In this document: in pieces, positions 32,729 to 44,231 of the stretch
Position numbering within the stretch: the stretch's first letter is position 1
How the letters are laid out: each line of letters begins with the position of its first letter
Origin: Candidatus Binatia bacterium
GTDB lineage: Bacteria > Desulfobacterota > Binatia > Bin18
NCBI GenBank assembly: GCA_963664395.2
Contig: OY761159.2
Span: 3,872,001 to 3,936,000, forward strand
DNA length: 64,000 bases
Direction: 5' to 3'
Notes under the pieces: model-generated
Database searches by the model: none
The model's input: only the letters and a program-made list of their open reading frames with translations
What the model was told of the DNA's origin: nothing
Program-made: the position numbers and the translations under genes

Positions 32729-34039
32729 ATGCTCGAAGGCTTACAAAACGCGGCAAAGATATCAGACCTGCGCCGGCGCCTCCTCTTCACATTCGCCTTG
32801 CTCGCCGTTTATCGAATCGGAGTCGCGATACCAACTCCGGGCATTGACGGAGATGGTATCGCAGCGTTCTTCGAGCAAGCCGCGAGTACTGTTTTTGGTC
32901 TGGTGAACCTCTTCTCAGGCGGCGCTCTTGAGCGTTTCTCTATCTTTGCGCTGGGCATTATGCCCTATATTAGTGCATCAATTATCTTTCAGCTCTTGAC
33001 TGTAGTGATCCCGACGCTTGAGCGTCTGTCAAAAGAAGGCGAACAAGGGCGACGTAAGATTACACAGTATACACGCTACAGCACTGTTGGTTTAGCCCTC
33101 CTCCAGGGCCTCTTTATCAGTATTGGACTCGAACAGATTCAGGCACCTGGAGGGAGCCCAGTTGTTTTCAATCCGGGCTGGGAGTTTCGTCTCATGACGA
33201 TGATTACCCTTGCCGCCGGTACTGCTTTCATCATGTGGTTAGGTGAACAGATTACCGAGCGTGGAGTTGGCAATGGTATCTCTCTCATCATTTTCGCTGG
33301 TATTGTCTCCAGTATTCCCTCAGCGGTGACCGCAACGACTGAGTTTGTTCGAGAGGGCGAATTGAGCATCCTTTTGCTGCTTCTCCTGCTAGCAGGCATG
33401 GTTGCAATCGTTGCTGCAGTAATCTTTATGGAACGTGGGCAGCGCCGTATTTCGGTTCAGTATGCAAAACGGGTTGTGGGCAGAAGAGTATATGGCGGGC
33501 AAAGTTCCCATCTTCCACTGAAAGTGAACACTGCTGGAGTTATCCCCCCGATTTTTGCCTCCTCAGTTCTTATTTTTCCGGCTACAATTGCCGGCTTTGC
33601 CGACCATCCGTGGGCACAAACCGTTGCCAATGTTCTGACACCGGGAAGTTGGATATATAATGTCAGTTATGTCGGGATGATTATCTTCTTCTGCTATTTC
33701 TATACTGCTGTTGTATTTAATCCTACTGATGTTGCCGACAATATGAAAAAAAATGGCGGGTTTATTCCTGGCATCCGTCCTGGGCAACGAACAGCAGACT
33801 ATATTGATCGTGTCTTAAGTCGTATCACACTGACTGGAGCAATTTATGTCTCCATCGTCTGTGTTTTGCCTAACCTCCTGGTCGGGTCCTTTAACGTGCC
33901 ATTTTTCTTTGGTGGGACAGCGCTGCTTATTGTCGTTGGCGTTGCTCTGGACACGGCAGCTCAGATTGAAACACAGCTCATCATGCGGAACTATGAAGGC
34001 TTTATGAAGCGCGGTCGCCTCAGAGGAAGACGAGGGTAG
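32729..34039 (+). CDS. secY: Preprotein translocase subunit SecY
   Basis: SIFALGIMPYISASII, GNGISLIIF, AGVIPPIFA, FIPGIRPG, GGTALLIVVGV. Confidence 0.99.
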   Translation: MLEGLQNAAKISDLRRRLLFTFALLAVYRIGVAIPTPGIDGDGIAAFFEQAASTVFGLVNLFSGGALERFSIFALGIMPYISASIIFQLLTVVIPTLERLSKEGEQGRRKITQYTRYSTVGLALLQGLFISIGLEQIQAPGGSPVVFNPGWEFRLMTMITLAAGTAFIMWLGEQITERGVGNGISLIIFAGIVSSIPSAVTATTEFVREGELSILLLLLLLAGMVAIVAAVIFMERGQRRISVQYAKRVVGRRVYGGQSSHLPLKVNTAGVIPPIFASSVLIFPATIAGFADHPWAQTVANVLTPGSWIYNVSYVGMIIFFCYFYTAVVFNPTDVADNMKKNGGFIPGIRPGQRTADYIDRVLSRITLTGAIYVSIVCVLPNLLVGSFNVPFFFGGTALLIVVGVALDTAAQIETQLIMRNYEGFMKRGRLRGRRG

Positions 34040-34089
34040 AAGGAAAGAGTCGAGGCAGCAGGTAGAGGTCCCAGTATGGTTTCTCATCG

Positions 34090-34857
34090 ATGATTTTTCT
34101 GAAATCCCTTGAAGAAATAGAGATAATGCGGACAGCGAACCGTATTGTTGCAGAGATTCTTAGTGAACTGCGACAGCGTGTTCAGCCGGGCATCTCAACC
34201 GGAGAGATTGATTGTGTAGCGGAAGAATTGATTGGGAAAAAGAAAGCAAAGACCGCGTTCAAAGGGTATACGATTCGGAATGGCTCCGTTCCGTTCCCCG
34301 CCCATATCTGTATTTCTTTGAATAATGAAGTAGTCCACGGTATCCCATCTCACCAGCGTATCATTAGAGATGGGGATGTCGTCAGCTTGGATTTTGGTGT
34401 AGTGTATAACAGATTTTATGGTGACGCGGCCGTGTCCTTTGCGGTTGGAGAGACTGACCACTCCATACTACAGCTTTTAGACACGACTGCTGCCGCTCTT
34501 GAAGCTGGAATATGCCACGCGTGTATTGGCAATCGTCTCGGCGACGTATCTGCCGCAGTTCAGGAGTATGTCGAGCGGGATGGTTTTTCTATTGTGCGAG
34601 AATTTGTTGGACATGGGGTTGGTCGTAAGCTACATGAAGACCCGCCTGTCCCCAATTATGGCGTGCGGAATCGGGGTGTCCGTTTGCGCGAAGGGATGGT
34701 CATCGCGATTGAGCCCATGGTGAATATGGGTGCTCCGGAAGTCGCTATGCTAGAGGATGGGTGGACTGCTGTGACAAAAGACGGCAGTCTCTCAGCGCAC
34801 TTTGAGCATTCGGTTGCGATTATGGCAGATGGACCGGTTGTGCTTAGTAGAATATAA
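34090..34857 (+). CDS. map: Methionine aminopeptidase type I
   Basis: VVHGIP, D..GD metal ligands, GHGVG..LHEDP, AIEPM, SAHFEH. Confidence 0.98.
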   Translation: MIFLKSLEEIEIMRTANRIVAEILSELRQRVQPGISTGEIDCVAEELIGKKKAKTAFKGYTIRNGSVPFPAHICISLNNEVVHGIPSHQRIIRDGDVVSLDFGVVYNRFYGDAAVSFAVGETDHSILQLLDTTAAALEAGICHACIGNRLGDVSAAVQEYVERDGFSIVREFVGHGVGRKLHEDPPVPNYGVRNRGVRLREGMVIAIEPMVNMGAPEVAMLEDGWTAVTKDGSLSAHFEHSVAIMADGPVVLSRI

Positions 34858-34913
34858 GAGAAAAGTACAAATATACTCAACCTTTTTCATACAAGAATAG
34901 GAACGAGGTTCGT

Positions 34914-35027
34914 ATGAAAGTTCGTGCTTCTGTGAAGCCGATGTGTCGAAAGTGCAAGATTATTAAACGAAAAGGCGTTATCCGGGTCATCTGTGAAAAC
35001 CCACGACACAAGCAACGACAAGGCTAG
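34914..35027 (+). CDS. rpmJ: 50S ribosomal protein L36 (37 aa; not in ORF track)
   Basis: Hand translation [37 protein letters not shown]; GAGG RBS. Confidence 0.98.
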   Translation: MKVRASVKPMCRKCKIIKRKGVIRVICENPRHKQRQG

Positions 35028-35069
35028 GCGTTTTCCTGACGTGAGTTAAAGCAAGAGCGGAGAAATCGT

Positions 35070-35453
35070 ATGGCACGTATTGCGGGTATCGAGTTACCCC
35101 GGAACAAGAAAATCGGTGTCGGTCTCACCTATATCTATGGGATTGGACGGGTCACTGCACTCAAAATTCTGGCCGCGGCGGGAGTTGATCCACGCGCGAA
35201 TTCTGATGCGTTGGCTGATGATGAGATTGTAAACATTCGGCGTATTATTGACCAAGATCATCGTGTCGAGGGAGACCTCAGGCGGGATGTTACGAGTCAT
35301 ATTAAACACTATATTGACATTGGGGCATACCGGGGCCTACGACATCGTCGGAACCTGCCGGTCCGCGGTCAAAAGACGAAAAATAATTCTCGGACGCGCA
35401 AGGGGCCGAGACGGACCGTCGCTGGAAGGAAGGTCGCGCCTACTCCTAGATAA
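35070..35453 (+). CDS. rpsM: 30S ribosomal protein S13
   Basis: [29 protein letters not shown]. Confidence 0.98.
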   Translation: MARIAGIELPRNKKIGVGLTYIYGIGRVTALKILAAAGVDPRANSDALADDEIVNIRRIIDQDHRVEGDLRRDVTSHIKHYIDIGAYRGLRHRRNLPVRGQKTKNNSRTRKGPRRTVAGRKVAPTPR

Positions 35454-35480
35454 TGCGAGGCGCGAGAGGAGGAGCACAGT

Positions 35481-35879
35481 ATGGCGAAAGCTGGAGATCG
35501 GTCTACCTCACGGAAGAGGAAAATTCGGAAAAACATTCCAGAAGGTGTGGTGAATATCCATTCGACTTTCAACAACACTATCGTGACAATTGCAGACCCG
35601 CAGGGGAACACTGTGGCATGGGCGAGCGCGGGGAGTGTGGGACTGAAGGGATCGCGCAAGGGCACACCGTTTGCCGCCCAAATGGCAGCAGAGAGTGCTG
35701 CGCGTAAAGCAGCTGATGCTGGTATGCGCTCGGTTCAAGTGCATGTGAAGGGACCCGGTGCTGGGAGAGAATCCGCTCTGCGCGCGCTGCAGTCAGCTGG
35801 GTTTGCGGTGAGCCTTATCCGGGACGTCACGCCTATCCCTCACAATGGCTGTCGTCCGCCCAAGCGTCGAAGAGTCTAA
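35481..35879 (+). CDS. rpsK: 30S ribosomal protein S11
   Basis: [33 protein letters not shown]. Confidence 0.99.
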   Translation: MAKAGDRSTSRKRKIRKNIPEGVVNIHSTFNNTIVTIADPQGNTVAWASAGSVGLKGSRKGTPFAAQMAAESAARKAADAGMRSVQVHVKGPGAGRESALRALQSAGFAVSLIRDVTPIPHNGCRPPKRRRV

Positions 35880-35926
35880 GGGGCTGGGTGTACGAGTAGG
35901 GAACTGATAGAGATCAGGAGGTTTTT

Positions 35927-36559
35927 GTGGCACGATATAGAGGCCCGTCTTGTCGTCTGTGCCGTCGAGAAGGGTTGAAACTCTTTCTCAAAGGCGAACG
36001 TTGTTACACGGATAAATGTGCTATCGAGAGAAGAAGCTACCCACCAGGGCAGCATGGCCAGGGGAGAGGAAGAAAGGCGACCGAGTACAGTGTTCAGCTG
36101 CGAGAGAAGCAAAAGTTGAAACGTATCTATGGGGCGCTTGAGGGACCGTTCCGTCGTCTTTTTGCACGGGCCGAGCGCCAACGTGGAATCACTGGTGAAA
36201 ATCTTTTGATTCTTCTCGAGAGCCGTCTCGATAACATGGTGTACCGGATGGGATTCGCGACCTCACGCTCAGAGGCTCGCCAGCTGATACGACATGGCCA
36301 TTTTCGCGTTAACGGTCGAAGAGTAACTATTCCATCATATTGTGTGAAAGCTGGAGACGAAGTGCAAGTGCGCGAGGCGAGCCGAAAGATTACCCGTATC
36401 CAAGAATCCGTCGAGCTTGCCCAGCGACGCGGGGTGCCAGAATGGCTTGAGGTTCAGATGGATTCTTTTGCTGGAAAAGTCCGTGCCCTACCGGCTCGGT
36501 CGGAGATTACATTGCCTATCAACGAACAATTGATTGTGGAGTTGTACTCGAAAGTCTAG
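35927..36559 (+). CDS. rpsD: 30S ribosomal protein S4 (Cys-containing form)
   Basis: [36 protein letters not shown]. Confidence 0.98.
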   Translation: MARYRGPSCRLCRREGLKLFLKGERCYTDKCAIERRSYPPGQHGQGRGRKATEYSVQLREKQKLKRIYGALEGPFRRLFARAERQRGITGENLLILLESRLDNMVYRMGFATSRSEARQLIRHGHFRVNGRRVTIPSYCVKAGDEVQVREASRKITRIQESVELAQRRGVPEWLEVQMDSFAGKVRALPARSEITLPINEQLIVELYSKV

Positions 36560-36620
36560 CGTAATGGATTGGCGTGTCGGGTCGTATTAGGCATGGACGC
36601 AGGACGAAAGAGGGAGCAAC

Positions 36621-37640
36621 ATGCAGGAGAGTGATCTCATCAAGCCCAAAGCGCTTGATGTTGAGGACAAAACCCTGACCCCCACGTACGGCCGCTTTAT
36701 CGGCGAGCCCTTTGAACGTGGATTTGGGACAACATTGGGCAATGCCCTGAGGCGAATTCTTCTCTCCTCATTACCTGGGGCTGCTATCACCAAGGTGCGG
36801 ATTCAAGATGTCGTGCATGAATTCTCGACTATTCCTGGTGTAACGGAAGATGTCACAGATATCCTTCTTAATCTCAAAGAAGTGAGATTTCATCTCCGCG
36901 ACAGCAATATGGAAACAGCCACACTGAACGTGCATAGCGCGAAGAGTATCTGCGCTGGGGACCTGATAGTGGGCCCTCAGGTTGACATTCTCAATCCAGA
37001 GACCCATGTGGCGAAGCTGGGCAAGGACGGAAAGCTCGAAGTCGAAGTCGAGATCTGCAGAGGGCGTGGATATGTGACGGCTGAACGGAATAAGTCCGAA
37101 GAGGACCCGGTTGGAACAATTCCCCTCGATGCGGTGTTTTCCCCTGTCCGAAAGGTCAATGTCACTGTGACCAACGCGCGTGTTGGTCAGCGGACGGACT
37201 ACGAAAGATTGGCACTTGAAGTCTGGACTGATGGCAGTATTGAGCCGAGAGAAGCGGTGGCTGAGGCCGCACGGATCGCTCAGGAGCAGCTATCTATCTT
37301 TTCTGGCCCCGCAGAAGAGATAGATAGTCAAGAAGAAGGCATGGGCCAGGAAGACCAGTCACCAACGAATGAGAATCTTTTCCGGCCCATTGAAGAATTG
37401 GCGCTCTCAGTCCGTTCTGCCAATTGCCTCCAAAGTGCAGATCTTCGATATGTAGGAGAGCTCGTCGTCAAGACCGAACCCGAACTTCTCAAAACGAAAA
37501 ATTTCGGGCGGAAGTCATTCAACGAGATTAAGGAATTGCTCCATGAGATGGGGTTAGAACTTGGCATGCATCTGGAAGCATTTCCCCCTCGGGAAGAGCT
37601 GGACCGGATGCGAGTATCCCGTGAGGGCAATCTGGCCTAG
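36621..37640 (+). CDS. rpoA: RNA polymerase alpha subunit
   Basis: [46 protein letters not shown]. Confidence 0.99.
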   Translation: MQESDLIKPKALDVEDKTLTPTYGRFIGEPFERGFGTTLGNALRRILLSSLPGAAITKVRIQDVVHEFSTIPGVTEDVTDILLNLKEVRFHLRDSNMETATLNVHSAKSICAGDLIVGPQVDILNPETHVAKLGKDGKLEVEVEICRGRGYVTAERNKSEEDPVGTIPLDAVFSPVRKVNVTVTNARVGQRTDYERLALEVWTDGSIEPREAVAEAARIAQEQLSIFSGPAEEIDSQEEGMGQEDQSPTNENLFRPIEELALSVRSANCLQSADLRYVGELVVKTEPELLKTKNFGRKSFNEIKELLHEMGLELGMHLEAFPPREELDRMRVSREGNLA

Positions 37641-37674
37641 CCGGAGTCTCAGGGGGACAAGGGAAGCGAGAAAG

Positions 37675-38073
37675 ATGCGACATCTGAAAGCAGGGCGAAA
37701 ACTGAATCGTACAGCAGCGCATAGAAAAGCGCTGATGCGGAACTTGCTGAAAGCCTTGTTGCTACGTGAACAAATCCGAACGACCGACGCTAAGGCCAAA
37801 GAACTCCGTGGCTGGGCGGACCGCATGGTGACTCTTGGAAAAAAGAATTCGGTCCATGCGCGTCGTCTCGCTTTCTCGTATCTTGGTAGCCGAAAACTGG
37901 TACAGCGCCTGTTTGATGAAGTTGCCCCGCGCTTTCAGGGCCGGGCGGGCGGATATACACGAGTGCTGAAAATAGGTCCGCGCCGTGGGGATGCTGCCCC
38001 TGTCTCGCTTGTCGAATTCACTGAACGGGCAAGCACTCCTTCAACAGTAGGAGGAGGCGCTGACAGCGCATAG
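37675..38073 (+). CDS. rplQ: 50S ribosomal protein L17
   Basis: [35 protein letters not shown]; ATG 37675. Confidence 0.98.
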   Translation: MRHLKAGRKLNRTAAHRKALMRNLLKALLLREQIRTTDAKAKELRGWADRMVTLGKKNSVHARRLAFSYLGSRKLVQRLFDEVAPRFQGRAGGYTRVLKIGPRRGDAAPVSLVEFTERASTPSTVGGGADSA

Positions 38074-38160
38074 AGACCATGTTGATGGTCAGTGTACCAG
38101 TGGGGATGACCGAGAATCTGAGAAGCTCTCCGAAGAGTACGCCTCGGAGGACGAATGGGT

Positions 38161-38186
38161 AAGGGGGCGCACGGTTCCCCCTTTGT
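38161..38186 (+). terminator. Possible weak intrinsic terminator after the alpha operon
   Basis: AAGGGGG-N9-CCCCCTT followed by a short T tract. Confidence 0.4.
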
Positions 38187-38240
38187 CGTCTCTCTGGACG
38201 AGACGGGGTGCATAGTGGGGAATAGGAGGAAGGACCCGCC

Positions 38241-38861
38241 ATGGCTGTTCGACAGTATGCCTTTCACTTCAATCTCTCCGAAGGGTGTATTGTATTATTA
38301 AGTACAGTGGTGAGTTTTCTTCTTGTCTTTGCTTTTGGAGTCTATATCGGAAAAGAAGTACAGGCGTACAAAACTGCCCAAGAAACGCGGCCCGTTCGTT
38401 TTCCTGTCGGCCATCCTGAAGATAAAGTGTCTGCGAGTCCTCCATCCTACGCCCTTCCGCCGACTCTGGAGAAGCGGGCTCAGAGAGACCAATCGCCGTC
38501 GCCTTCAGCCCCTCCCGTCGGGGTGAATGTTTCTACGACTTCGGCAAGCGTATCGCAAAACAAAAAACGAGTGGCCCCCGCTCCAATCGGAGTCAAATCA
38601 CAATACAAAAAAGAGCAGACTCGACTCCCCAGTGAGTGGAGCATTCAGATCCATGTCACAAAGAGTCGACGTACGGCGCGTCAACTTGCCGCGGAGCTCC
38701 GCACACAAGGCCATACCGCCTCCGTCAATACGCTTACAAAGAACGGAGAAGTATTGTACCGTTTGCGCGTTGGAACATTTACACAAGAAGAGGCCCAACG
38801 TGTGGCTGCGCGCTTTCGACGCGAAGGAAAATTCGCCCAAGCCTATCTGGTCTCAGATTAG
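38241..38861 (+). CDS. SPOR-domain cell division protein (FtsN/DedD-like)
   Basis: N-terminal TM helix, Pro/Ser-rich linker, C-terminal WSIQ..A..L..G..YRLRVG.F SPOR pattern; AGGAGG upstream. Confidence 0.8.
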   Translation: MAVRQYAFHFNLSEGCIVLLSTVVSFLLVFAFGVYIGKEVQAYKTAQETRPVRFPVGHPEDKVSASPPSYALPPTLEKRAQRDQSPSPSAPPVGVNVSTTSASVSQNKKRVAPAPIGVKSQYKKEQTRLPSEWSIQIHVTKSRRTARQLAAELRTQGHTASVNTLTKNGEVLYRLRVGTFTQEEAQRVAARFRREGKFAQAYLVSD

Positions 38862-38879
38862 CCCCTTAGTACTCCACCT

Positions 38880-39899
38880 ATGACTGTCAAAGATGCCATT
38901 GCCCACGTGGTTACCGGCGCAGATCTTACGGAAAAAGAGATGCGTACAGTCGTCACGGATCTGATGGACGGGCAAGCAACTCCGGCTCAGATTGGAGCCT
39001 TATTGACTGCGCTCCACATCAAGGGCGAGACCGTCGCTGAGATCTCTGGGGCAGCTGGGGCTATGCGAGCCATGGCAACGTCAGTTCGTCCGGGGCGAGC
39101 GGTCATTGATACGTGCGGAACGGGTGGAGACGGCTGTCATACGTTTAACATTTCGACCTGTGCCGCTTTTGTGGTCGCCGCCGCGGGTTTATGTGTGGCT
39201 AAACATGGAAATCGGGCAATGTCTGGAACGGTCGGCGGTGCCGATGTCTTAGAAACCCTCGGTGCCCGCATTGAGCTGTCTCCGCAGCATGTGGCCTATT
39301 GCATGCAGGAAGTCGGCTTCGGTTTCCTCCTTGCCCCAGCCTTCCACCGAGCTATGCGCCATGCCGTTGGCCCACGTCGGGAAGTTGGGATACGGACCAT
39401 CTTCAATATCCTGGGGCCCCTTACGAATCCGGCGGGAGCGCAATATCAACTCATTGGCGTCTTTGACCAGCGTTGGGTTCAGCCGCTGGCCGAAGCACTC
39501 GGACGATTGGGCTGTCAGCATGCCATGGTGGTGCATGGAGAGGATGGACTTGATGAAGTGTCTCTGAGCGGCCCGACGCAAGTTGCTGAGTGGGGGCCAC
39601 AGGGTGTCCAGACGTATACCATCAATCCGACTGATTACGGCTTTCCGTATCGTCCGTTAACAGCCCTGCAGGTCTCAAGTGCTCAGGAATCGGCAGACAT
39701 CATCCGGTCTGTCTTAGCCGGCACACCAGGACCACACCGAGACGTTGTGTTGCTCAATGCTGGGGCAGCCCTCTATGCCGGTAATGCGGTTGCTTCATTA
39801 GGAGACGGGATCGCGCTTGCCAGCGCAACAGTTGACAGTGGAGCCGCGACACGGACGCTGGAACGTTTTATCCCGCTGACGCACAGGGAAACGGTATGA
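38880..39899 (+). CDS. trpD: Anthranilate phosphoribosyltransferase
   Basis: DTCGTGGDG..TFNIST, KHGNR, RTIFNILGPLTNP, DGLDE. Confidence 0.98.
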   Translation: MTVKDAIAHVVTGADLTEKEMRTVVTDLMDGQATPAQIGALLTALHIKGETVAEISGAAGAMRAMATSVRPGRAVIDTCGTGGDGCHTFNISTCAAFVVAAAGLCVAKHGNRAMSGTVGGADVLETLGARIELSPQHVAYCMQEVGFGFLLAPAFHRAMRHAVGPRREVGIRTIFNILGPLTNPAGAQYQLIGVFDQRWVQPLAEALGRLGCQHAMVVHGEDGLDEVSLSGPTQVAEWGPQGVQTYTINPTDYGFPYRPLTALQVSSAQESADIIRSVLAGTPGPHRDVVLLNAGAALYAGNAVASLGDGIALASATVDSGAATRTLERFIPLTHRETV

Positions 39900-40678
39900 T
39901 TCTTGACGACATCGTGGCCTATAAACGAGAGGAACTTGCGCTCCAAAAACAGCGGGTATCGCTTGAGCAGCTCCAAGACATGCCGCTGTTCCACGCCCAT
40001 CCGCCTGGCTTTTTCCAGACGTTGTCTACCTGGAACGGGCGGACGGTTATTGCAGAGGTGAAAAAAGCGTCCCCCTCAAAGGGCGTTATTCGACAAGACT
40101 TTGACCCTCTTGCGCTCGCCCTTACATATGAGGCCTCGGGAGCGGCCGCTATCTCTGTTCTCACGGAAAAGAAGTTTTTTCAGGGAAGTCTCGACTATCT
40201 CAAACAGATCCGCCAGCAGGTAGCGCTGCCCCTCCTCAGAAAAGATTTTGTCTTTGACGACTACCAAGTATACGAAGCCCGCGCCTATGGCGCGAGTGCC
40301 ATTCTCTTAATTGTCGCGATTCTCGAAGATGCGCAGTTGCAAGACCTGAGTCATCTGGCTCAGACACAGGGGATCGACTGCCTGGTTGAAGTGCATGACG
40401 AAGCAGAATGCGAGCGTGCCCTGGCACAGGGAGTGTCTCTGCTTGGTATCAACAACCGGGACTTGCGTACCTTTCATACGACGATTGAGACCAGTGAACG
40501 TCTTGTTCAAGGCATGCCCTCCGATGTACTGGTAGTGTCTGAGAGTGGCCTGTCAACCCGGCACCAATTAGACCGACTCGAGGCTCAGGGGGTGCGGGCA
40601 TTCTTAATCGGTGAGACCTTTATGGCGGCTCCAGACCCCGGAGAGCCGCTCCGCTCGCTGTTAGGACATCCCACGTAG
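39896..40678 (+). CDS. trpC: Indole-3-glycerol-phosphate synthase
   Basis: IAEVKKASPSKG, ISVLTE, LRKDF, GINNRDL, VSESG. Confidence 0.98.
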   Translation: MILDDIVAYKREELALQKQRVSLEQLQDMPLFHAHPPGFFQTLSTWNGRTVIAEVKKASPSKGVIRQDFDPLALALTYEASGAAAISVLTEKKFFQGSLDYLKQIRQQVALPLLRKDFVFDDYQVYEARAYGASAILLIVAILEDAQLQDLSHLAQTQGIDCLVEVHDEAECERALAQGVSLLGINNRDLRTFHTTIETSERLVQGMPSDVLVVSESGLSTRHQLDRLEAQGVRAFLIGETFMAAPDPGEPLRSLLGHPT

Positions 40679-40685
40679 CTTGCTC

Positions 40686-41309
40686 ATGTCCGTCCACGTA
40701 AAAATCTGTGGTATTACGACTGTCGCTGATGCCCGGCTTGCCGTGCAGGCCGGCGCTGATCTGATTGGTCTGAACTTTTACCCGCCCAGCCCACGCTATA
40801 TTTCTGAGTCAACTGCCAAAATGATTCGGAGCATTCTTCCTCAGCACGTTCGCTGTGTCGGTATTTTCGTTAATGCGGAGCGTGCGCATATCGCCGCCTA
40901 TGTTCGGGCCCTCTCTCTTGACGTGATTCAGTTTCACGGTGATGAGGACGCCGCTGCCCTGACGGGCTGGCAAGTCGCGACTGTCAAGGCGGTCCGGGTC
41001 GACTCGGAGACATCGCTCCCTGAGCAGCTTGAAGGGATTACGGCGGACTACCTCCTCCTTGACACGTATAGTTCCCGCGGATACGGAGGGACGGGTGAGA
41101 CCTTTGCCTGGGAGCATGCTGCGGCCCTCCCTCGGATGTCCTTGGATCGGACGATTTTGGCTGGGGGGCTGAATTCAGAGAATGTGGCTGCTGCAGTTGC
41201 GACCATGCGGCCGTGGGCTGTCGATGTCGCCAGTGGTGTTGAGTCAGCTCCCGGACGGAAAGACGCAGAAAAACTACACGCGTTCATCAGCAATGCCAAG
41301 ACTGCCTGA
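40686..41309 (+). CDS. trpF: Phosphoribosylanthranilate isomerase
   Basis: VKICGIT, SPRY, QFHGDE, GGTG..F.W, LAGGL, DVASGVE. Confidence 0.97.
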   Translation: MSVHVKICGITTVADARLAVQAGADLIGLNFYPPSPRYISESTAKMIRSILPQHVRCVGIFVNAERAHIAAYVRALSLDVIQFHGDEDAAALTGWQVATVKAVRVDSETSLPEQLEGITADYLLLDTYSSRGYGGTGETFAWEHAAALPRMSLDRTILAGGLNSENVAAAVATMRPWAVDVASGVESAPGRKDAEKLHAFISNAKTA

Positions 41310-42483
41310 TAAACATGGACATTTCGGGATCTATGGCGGCCGCTATGTGGCGGAGACCCTGATGCCGGCTTTGCTTGAGCTTGAAGATGTCTATCGTCAA
41401 TGCCGCACAGACCCGACGTTTAAACGAGAACTCCGCGTGCTTCAGCGTGAATATGTCGGCCGACCGACACCGTTAACCTTCGCCGCTCGCTTGACTGAGC
41501 GGCTTGGGGGAGCAAAGGTTTATCTTAAGCGCGAAGATCTGTGTCATACTGGTGCCCATAAGATTAATAACACCATCGGCCAGGCCTTATTGGCAAAACG
41601 CATGGGCAAAGAACGGCTCATTGCTGAAACCGGGGCTGGCCAACATGGGGTTGCAACGGCGACCGTTGCGGCCCTCCTCGGGTTCTCGTGCGAAGTCTTT
41701 ATGGGCCGTGAAGATACCGTACGCCAAGCGCCCAATGTTTTCCGAATGCGATTCTTGGGAGCAACGCTGCGGGAGGTCGTTTCCGGCAGCCAGACCCTTA
41801 AAGACGCGATGAATGAAGCCTTGCGTGACTGGATTACGCATGTGGCGCACACCTTTTATGTCATTGGAACAGTCGCCGGCCCGCATCCATATCCCATGTT
41901 GGTCCGCGACTTTCAGTCTGTTATCGGACGCGAGACCAAAAAGCAGATTGTGCAGCACGAAGGTCGTTTGCCTGACTACCTCATTGCCTGTGTTGGGGGT
42001 GGGAGCAACGCGATGGGCCTGTTTGCTCCCTTTCTCCGCGAAACCGCAGTCCACATGGTTGCGGTCGAGGCCGGGGGGCTCGGCGCGGGTCGGAATGCCG
42101 CCTCAATGTCAAACGGGTACGCGGGCGTACTCCACGGCAGCAAGACCTATATCCTACAGGACGAGACCGGCCAGATTGCCGCAACGCACTCGCTCGCACC
42201 CGGGCTGGACTATCCAGGCGTTGGACCCGAATTGAGCTATTGGAAGGACCGGCAGCGCATTCACTGTGTCACCGTCCAGGACGCGCAAGCAGTCGAAGGA
42301 ATGCGGCTCTTGGCTGAGACCGAGGGGATTATCCCTGCCCTGGAGAGTGCGCATGCCGTCTCCTATGCTGTGACCCTCGTCCCCCAACTTCCAGCTACGG
42401 CCGTTGTGGTGATTAATGTTTCTGGCCGAGGAGATAAAGATCTCCAAAGCGTGGCCAGCTTTCTGGGTGAAAACGCTCTATGA
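41293..42483 (+). CDS. trpB: Tryptophan synthase beta chain
   Basis: [51 protein letters not shown]; ATG 41293. Confidence 0.98.
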   Translation: MPRLPDKHGHFGIYGGRYVAETLMPALLELEDVYRQCRTDPTFKRELRVLQREYVGRPTPLTFAARLTERLGGAKVYLKREDLCHTGAHKINNTIGQALLAKRMGKERLIAETGAGQHGVATATVAALLGFSCEVFMGREDTVRQAPNVFRMRFLGATLREVVSGSQTLKDAMNEALRDWITHVAHTFYVIGTVAGPHPYPMLVRDFQSVIGRETKKQIVQHEGRLPDYLIACVGGGSNAMGLFAPFLRETAVHMVAVEAGGLGAGRNAASMSNGYAGVLHGSKTYILQDETGQIAATHSLAPGLDYPGVGPELSYWKDRQRIHCVTVQDAQAVEGMRLLAETEGIIPALESAHAVSYAVTLVPQLPATAVVVINVSGRGDKDLQSVASFLGENAL

Positions 42484-43331
42484 CGCGCATTGCCGACACC
42501 TTTGCCCAGTTGCGGGCCCGCGGAGAGGTCGGTCTCATCCCCTTCATCACCGCCGGAGATCCTGATATCGAGACGACCTTCGCCTTAGTCCATGAAATGG
42601 CCCGACAAGGGGCCGACATCATCGAACTCGGCGTACCGTTTTCCGACCCGATGGCCGACGGGCCGACGCTGCAACGTGCCGCACAACGTGCCTTGCAGCA
42701 CGGCACGTCGTTGACGCACGTCTTCGAGTTGGTGCGCCGTTTGCGACAGTCGCTCACGATCCCCATCCTGCTCTTCGGATATTATAATCCGATCTGGCGT
42801 TACGGTGGGGAGCGCTTTGCCGCCGATGCTCGCCAGGCGGGTGTTGACGGCGTGCTGTGCGTTGATTTACCGCCCGAAGAAGCAGAGGAGTTGAAACGAG
42901 AGACGGACCGCTACGACTTGGATATGATCTTTCTCCTCGCCCCGACCAGTTCGCTCGACCGAGCTCAGAGGGTACTGACCCGCGCGCGCGGATTCATCTA
43001 TTATGTCGCGGTGACGGGCGTGACGGGCGTCCGGGCGGCACTCCCAGCGGACCTGAGTGCTATGGTTCGCCGCATTCGCGCGATTTCCCCGGTGCCGGTT
43101 GGTGTCGGGTTCGGTATCGCCTCAGCGGAACACGCGGTGCAGGTCGCGGGCGTGGCTGATGCCGCTATTGTCGGAAGTGCGATTTCACAGATCATTGAGC
43201 AATCGCTGGGACAGCCTGCTCTGGTGCCGCGAGTGGGAGCGTTTGTTGCTGAGCTTAAAACAGCCTTGCGCAGTATCGCACCCGCCGCACGAAACGATAG
43301 CGGGGCTGCCCTGGCCCCACCACGGCCCTGA
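42480..43331 (+). CDS. trpA: Tryptophan synthase alpha chain
   Basis: [35 protein letters not shown]. Confidence 0.98.
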   Translation: MTRIADTFAQLRARGEVGLIPFITAGDPDIETTFALVHEMARQGADIIELGVPFSDPMADGPTLQRAAQRALQHGTSLTHVFELVRRLRQSLTIPILLFGYYNPIWRYGGERFAADARQAGVDGVLCVDLPPEEAEELKRETDRYDLDMIFLLAPTSSLDRAQRVLTRARGFIYYVAVTGVTGVRAALPADLSAMVRRIRAISPVPVGVGFGIASAEHAVQVAGVADAAIVGSAISQIIEQSLGQPALVPRVGAFVAELKTALRSIAPAARNDSGAALAPPRP

Positions 43332-43364
43332 CGACAGGCGAAGAGTACTGAAGGAAGAGCGGAT

Positions 43365-44231
43365 ATGGCGGAACAGGCAGTCGGCGTGAATCAAGAGGAG
43401 GGGGAGGCGATTTGGCTCAAATGTGCGACGTGTCAAGAAATTTTGTTTCGGAAGGAGGTTGAGCGGCGCCTTTTTATTTGCCCCAAATGTGGCGCTCATC
43501 TCCGCCTGACCGCCGAACAACGACTGTTCACTATCGTTGACCGCGGCTCGTTCATTGAGCATGCGCAGCACGTCCACTCTACCGACCCCCTGGCCTTCAC
43601 CGACCGGAAACCCTACGTACAGCGATTAGCTGGTGCGCGCAGTCGGTCGGGGCGTGCCGAAGCCGTTGTCTGCGGGGTGGCGACTATTGACGGTCGTCGG
43701 GTTGCTCTCGGCTGTTTCGATTTCTTCTTTCTCGGTGGGAGTATGGGGACCGCTGTGGGAGAGAAACTGACTCGCATTATCGAGTACGCCAGTGCAGAAC
43801 GGTTGCCTGTTATTTTCTTCTCGGCCTCCGGCGGTGCCAGGATGCAGGAAGGCGTGCTCTCGCTGATGCAGATGGCAAAGATCTCTATGGCGCTGGGTCG
43901 TTTGCGAGAAGCTGGGTTGCCTTATATATCGGTGTTGACCGATCCGACGACGGGTGGTGTTGCCGCCTCGTTGGGTATGCTGGGTGACATCAACATTGCT
44001 GAGCCGGGAGCCTTGATCGGCTTTGCCGGACAACGGGTTATTGAGCAGACCATCCGGGAAAAGCTTCCCCCCGGTTTTCAGCGCGCAGAATTTTTGCTGG
44101 AACATGGCATGGTAGACCTTGTGATTGAGCGTAAGGATTTACGCGGTGTGTTAAGCCAGTTACTAGACCTCTTATGCAAGCCTGCCCCTCCTGTTGACTC
44201 AACCCCAAAAGCGTCACCCACTTCCCCATAA
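43365..44231 (+). CDS. accD: Acetyl-CoA carboxylase carboxyltransferase beta
   Basis: WLKC..C / CPKC zinc finger, GGSMG, SGGARMQEG, PTTGGV.AS, FQRAEFLLEHG. Confidence 0.98.
   Translation: MAEQAVGVNQEEGEAIWLKCATCQEILFRKEVERRLFICPKCGAHLRLTAEQRLFTIVDRGSFIEHAQHVHSTDPLAFTDRKPYVQRLAGARSRSGRAEAVVCGVATIDGRRVALGCFDFFFLGGSMGTAVGEKLTRIIEYASAERLPVIFFSASGGARMQEGVLSLMQMAKISMALGRLREAGLPYISVLTDPTTGGVAASLGMLGDINIAEPGALIGFAGQRVIEQTIREKLPPGFQRAEFLLEHGMVDLVIERKDLRGVLSQLLDLLCKPAPPVDSTPKASPTSP

Noticed and set aside
38079-38215. trp attenuator leader peptide upstream of the trp genes
   Set aside because: The short ATG ORF has no Trp codons, the frame with two TGG codons has no good start, and a SPOR gene intervenes before trpD.
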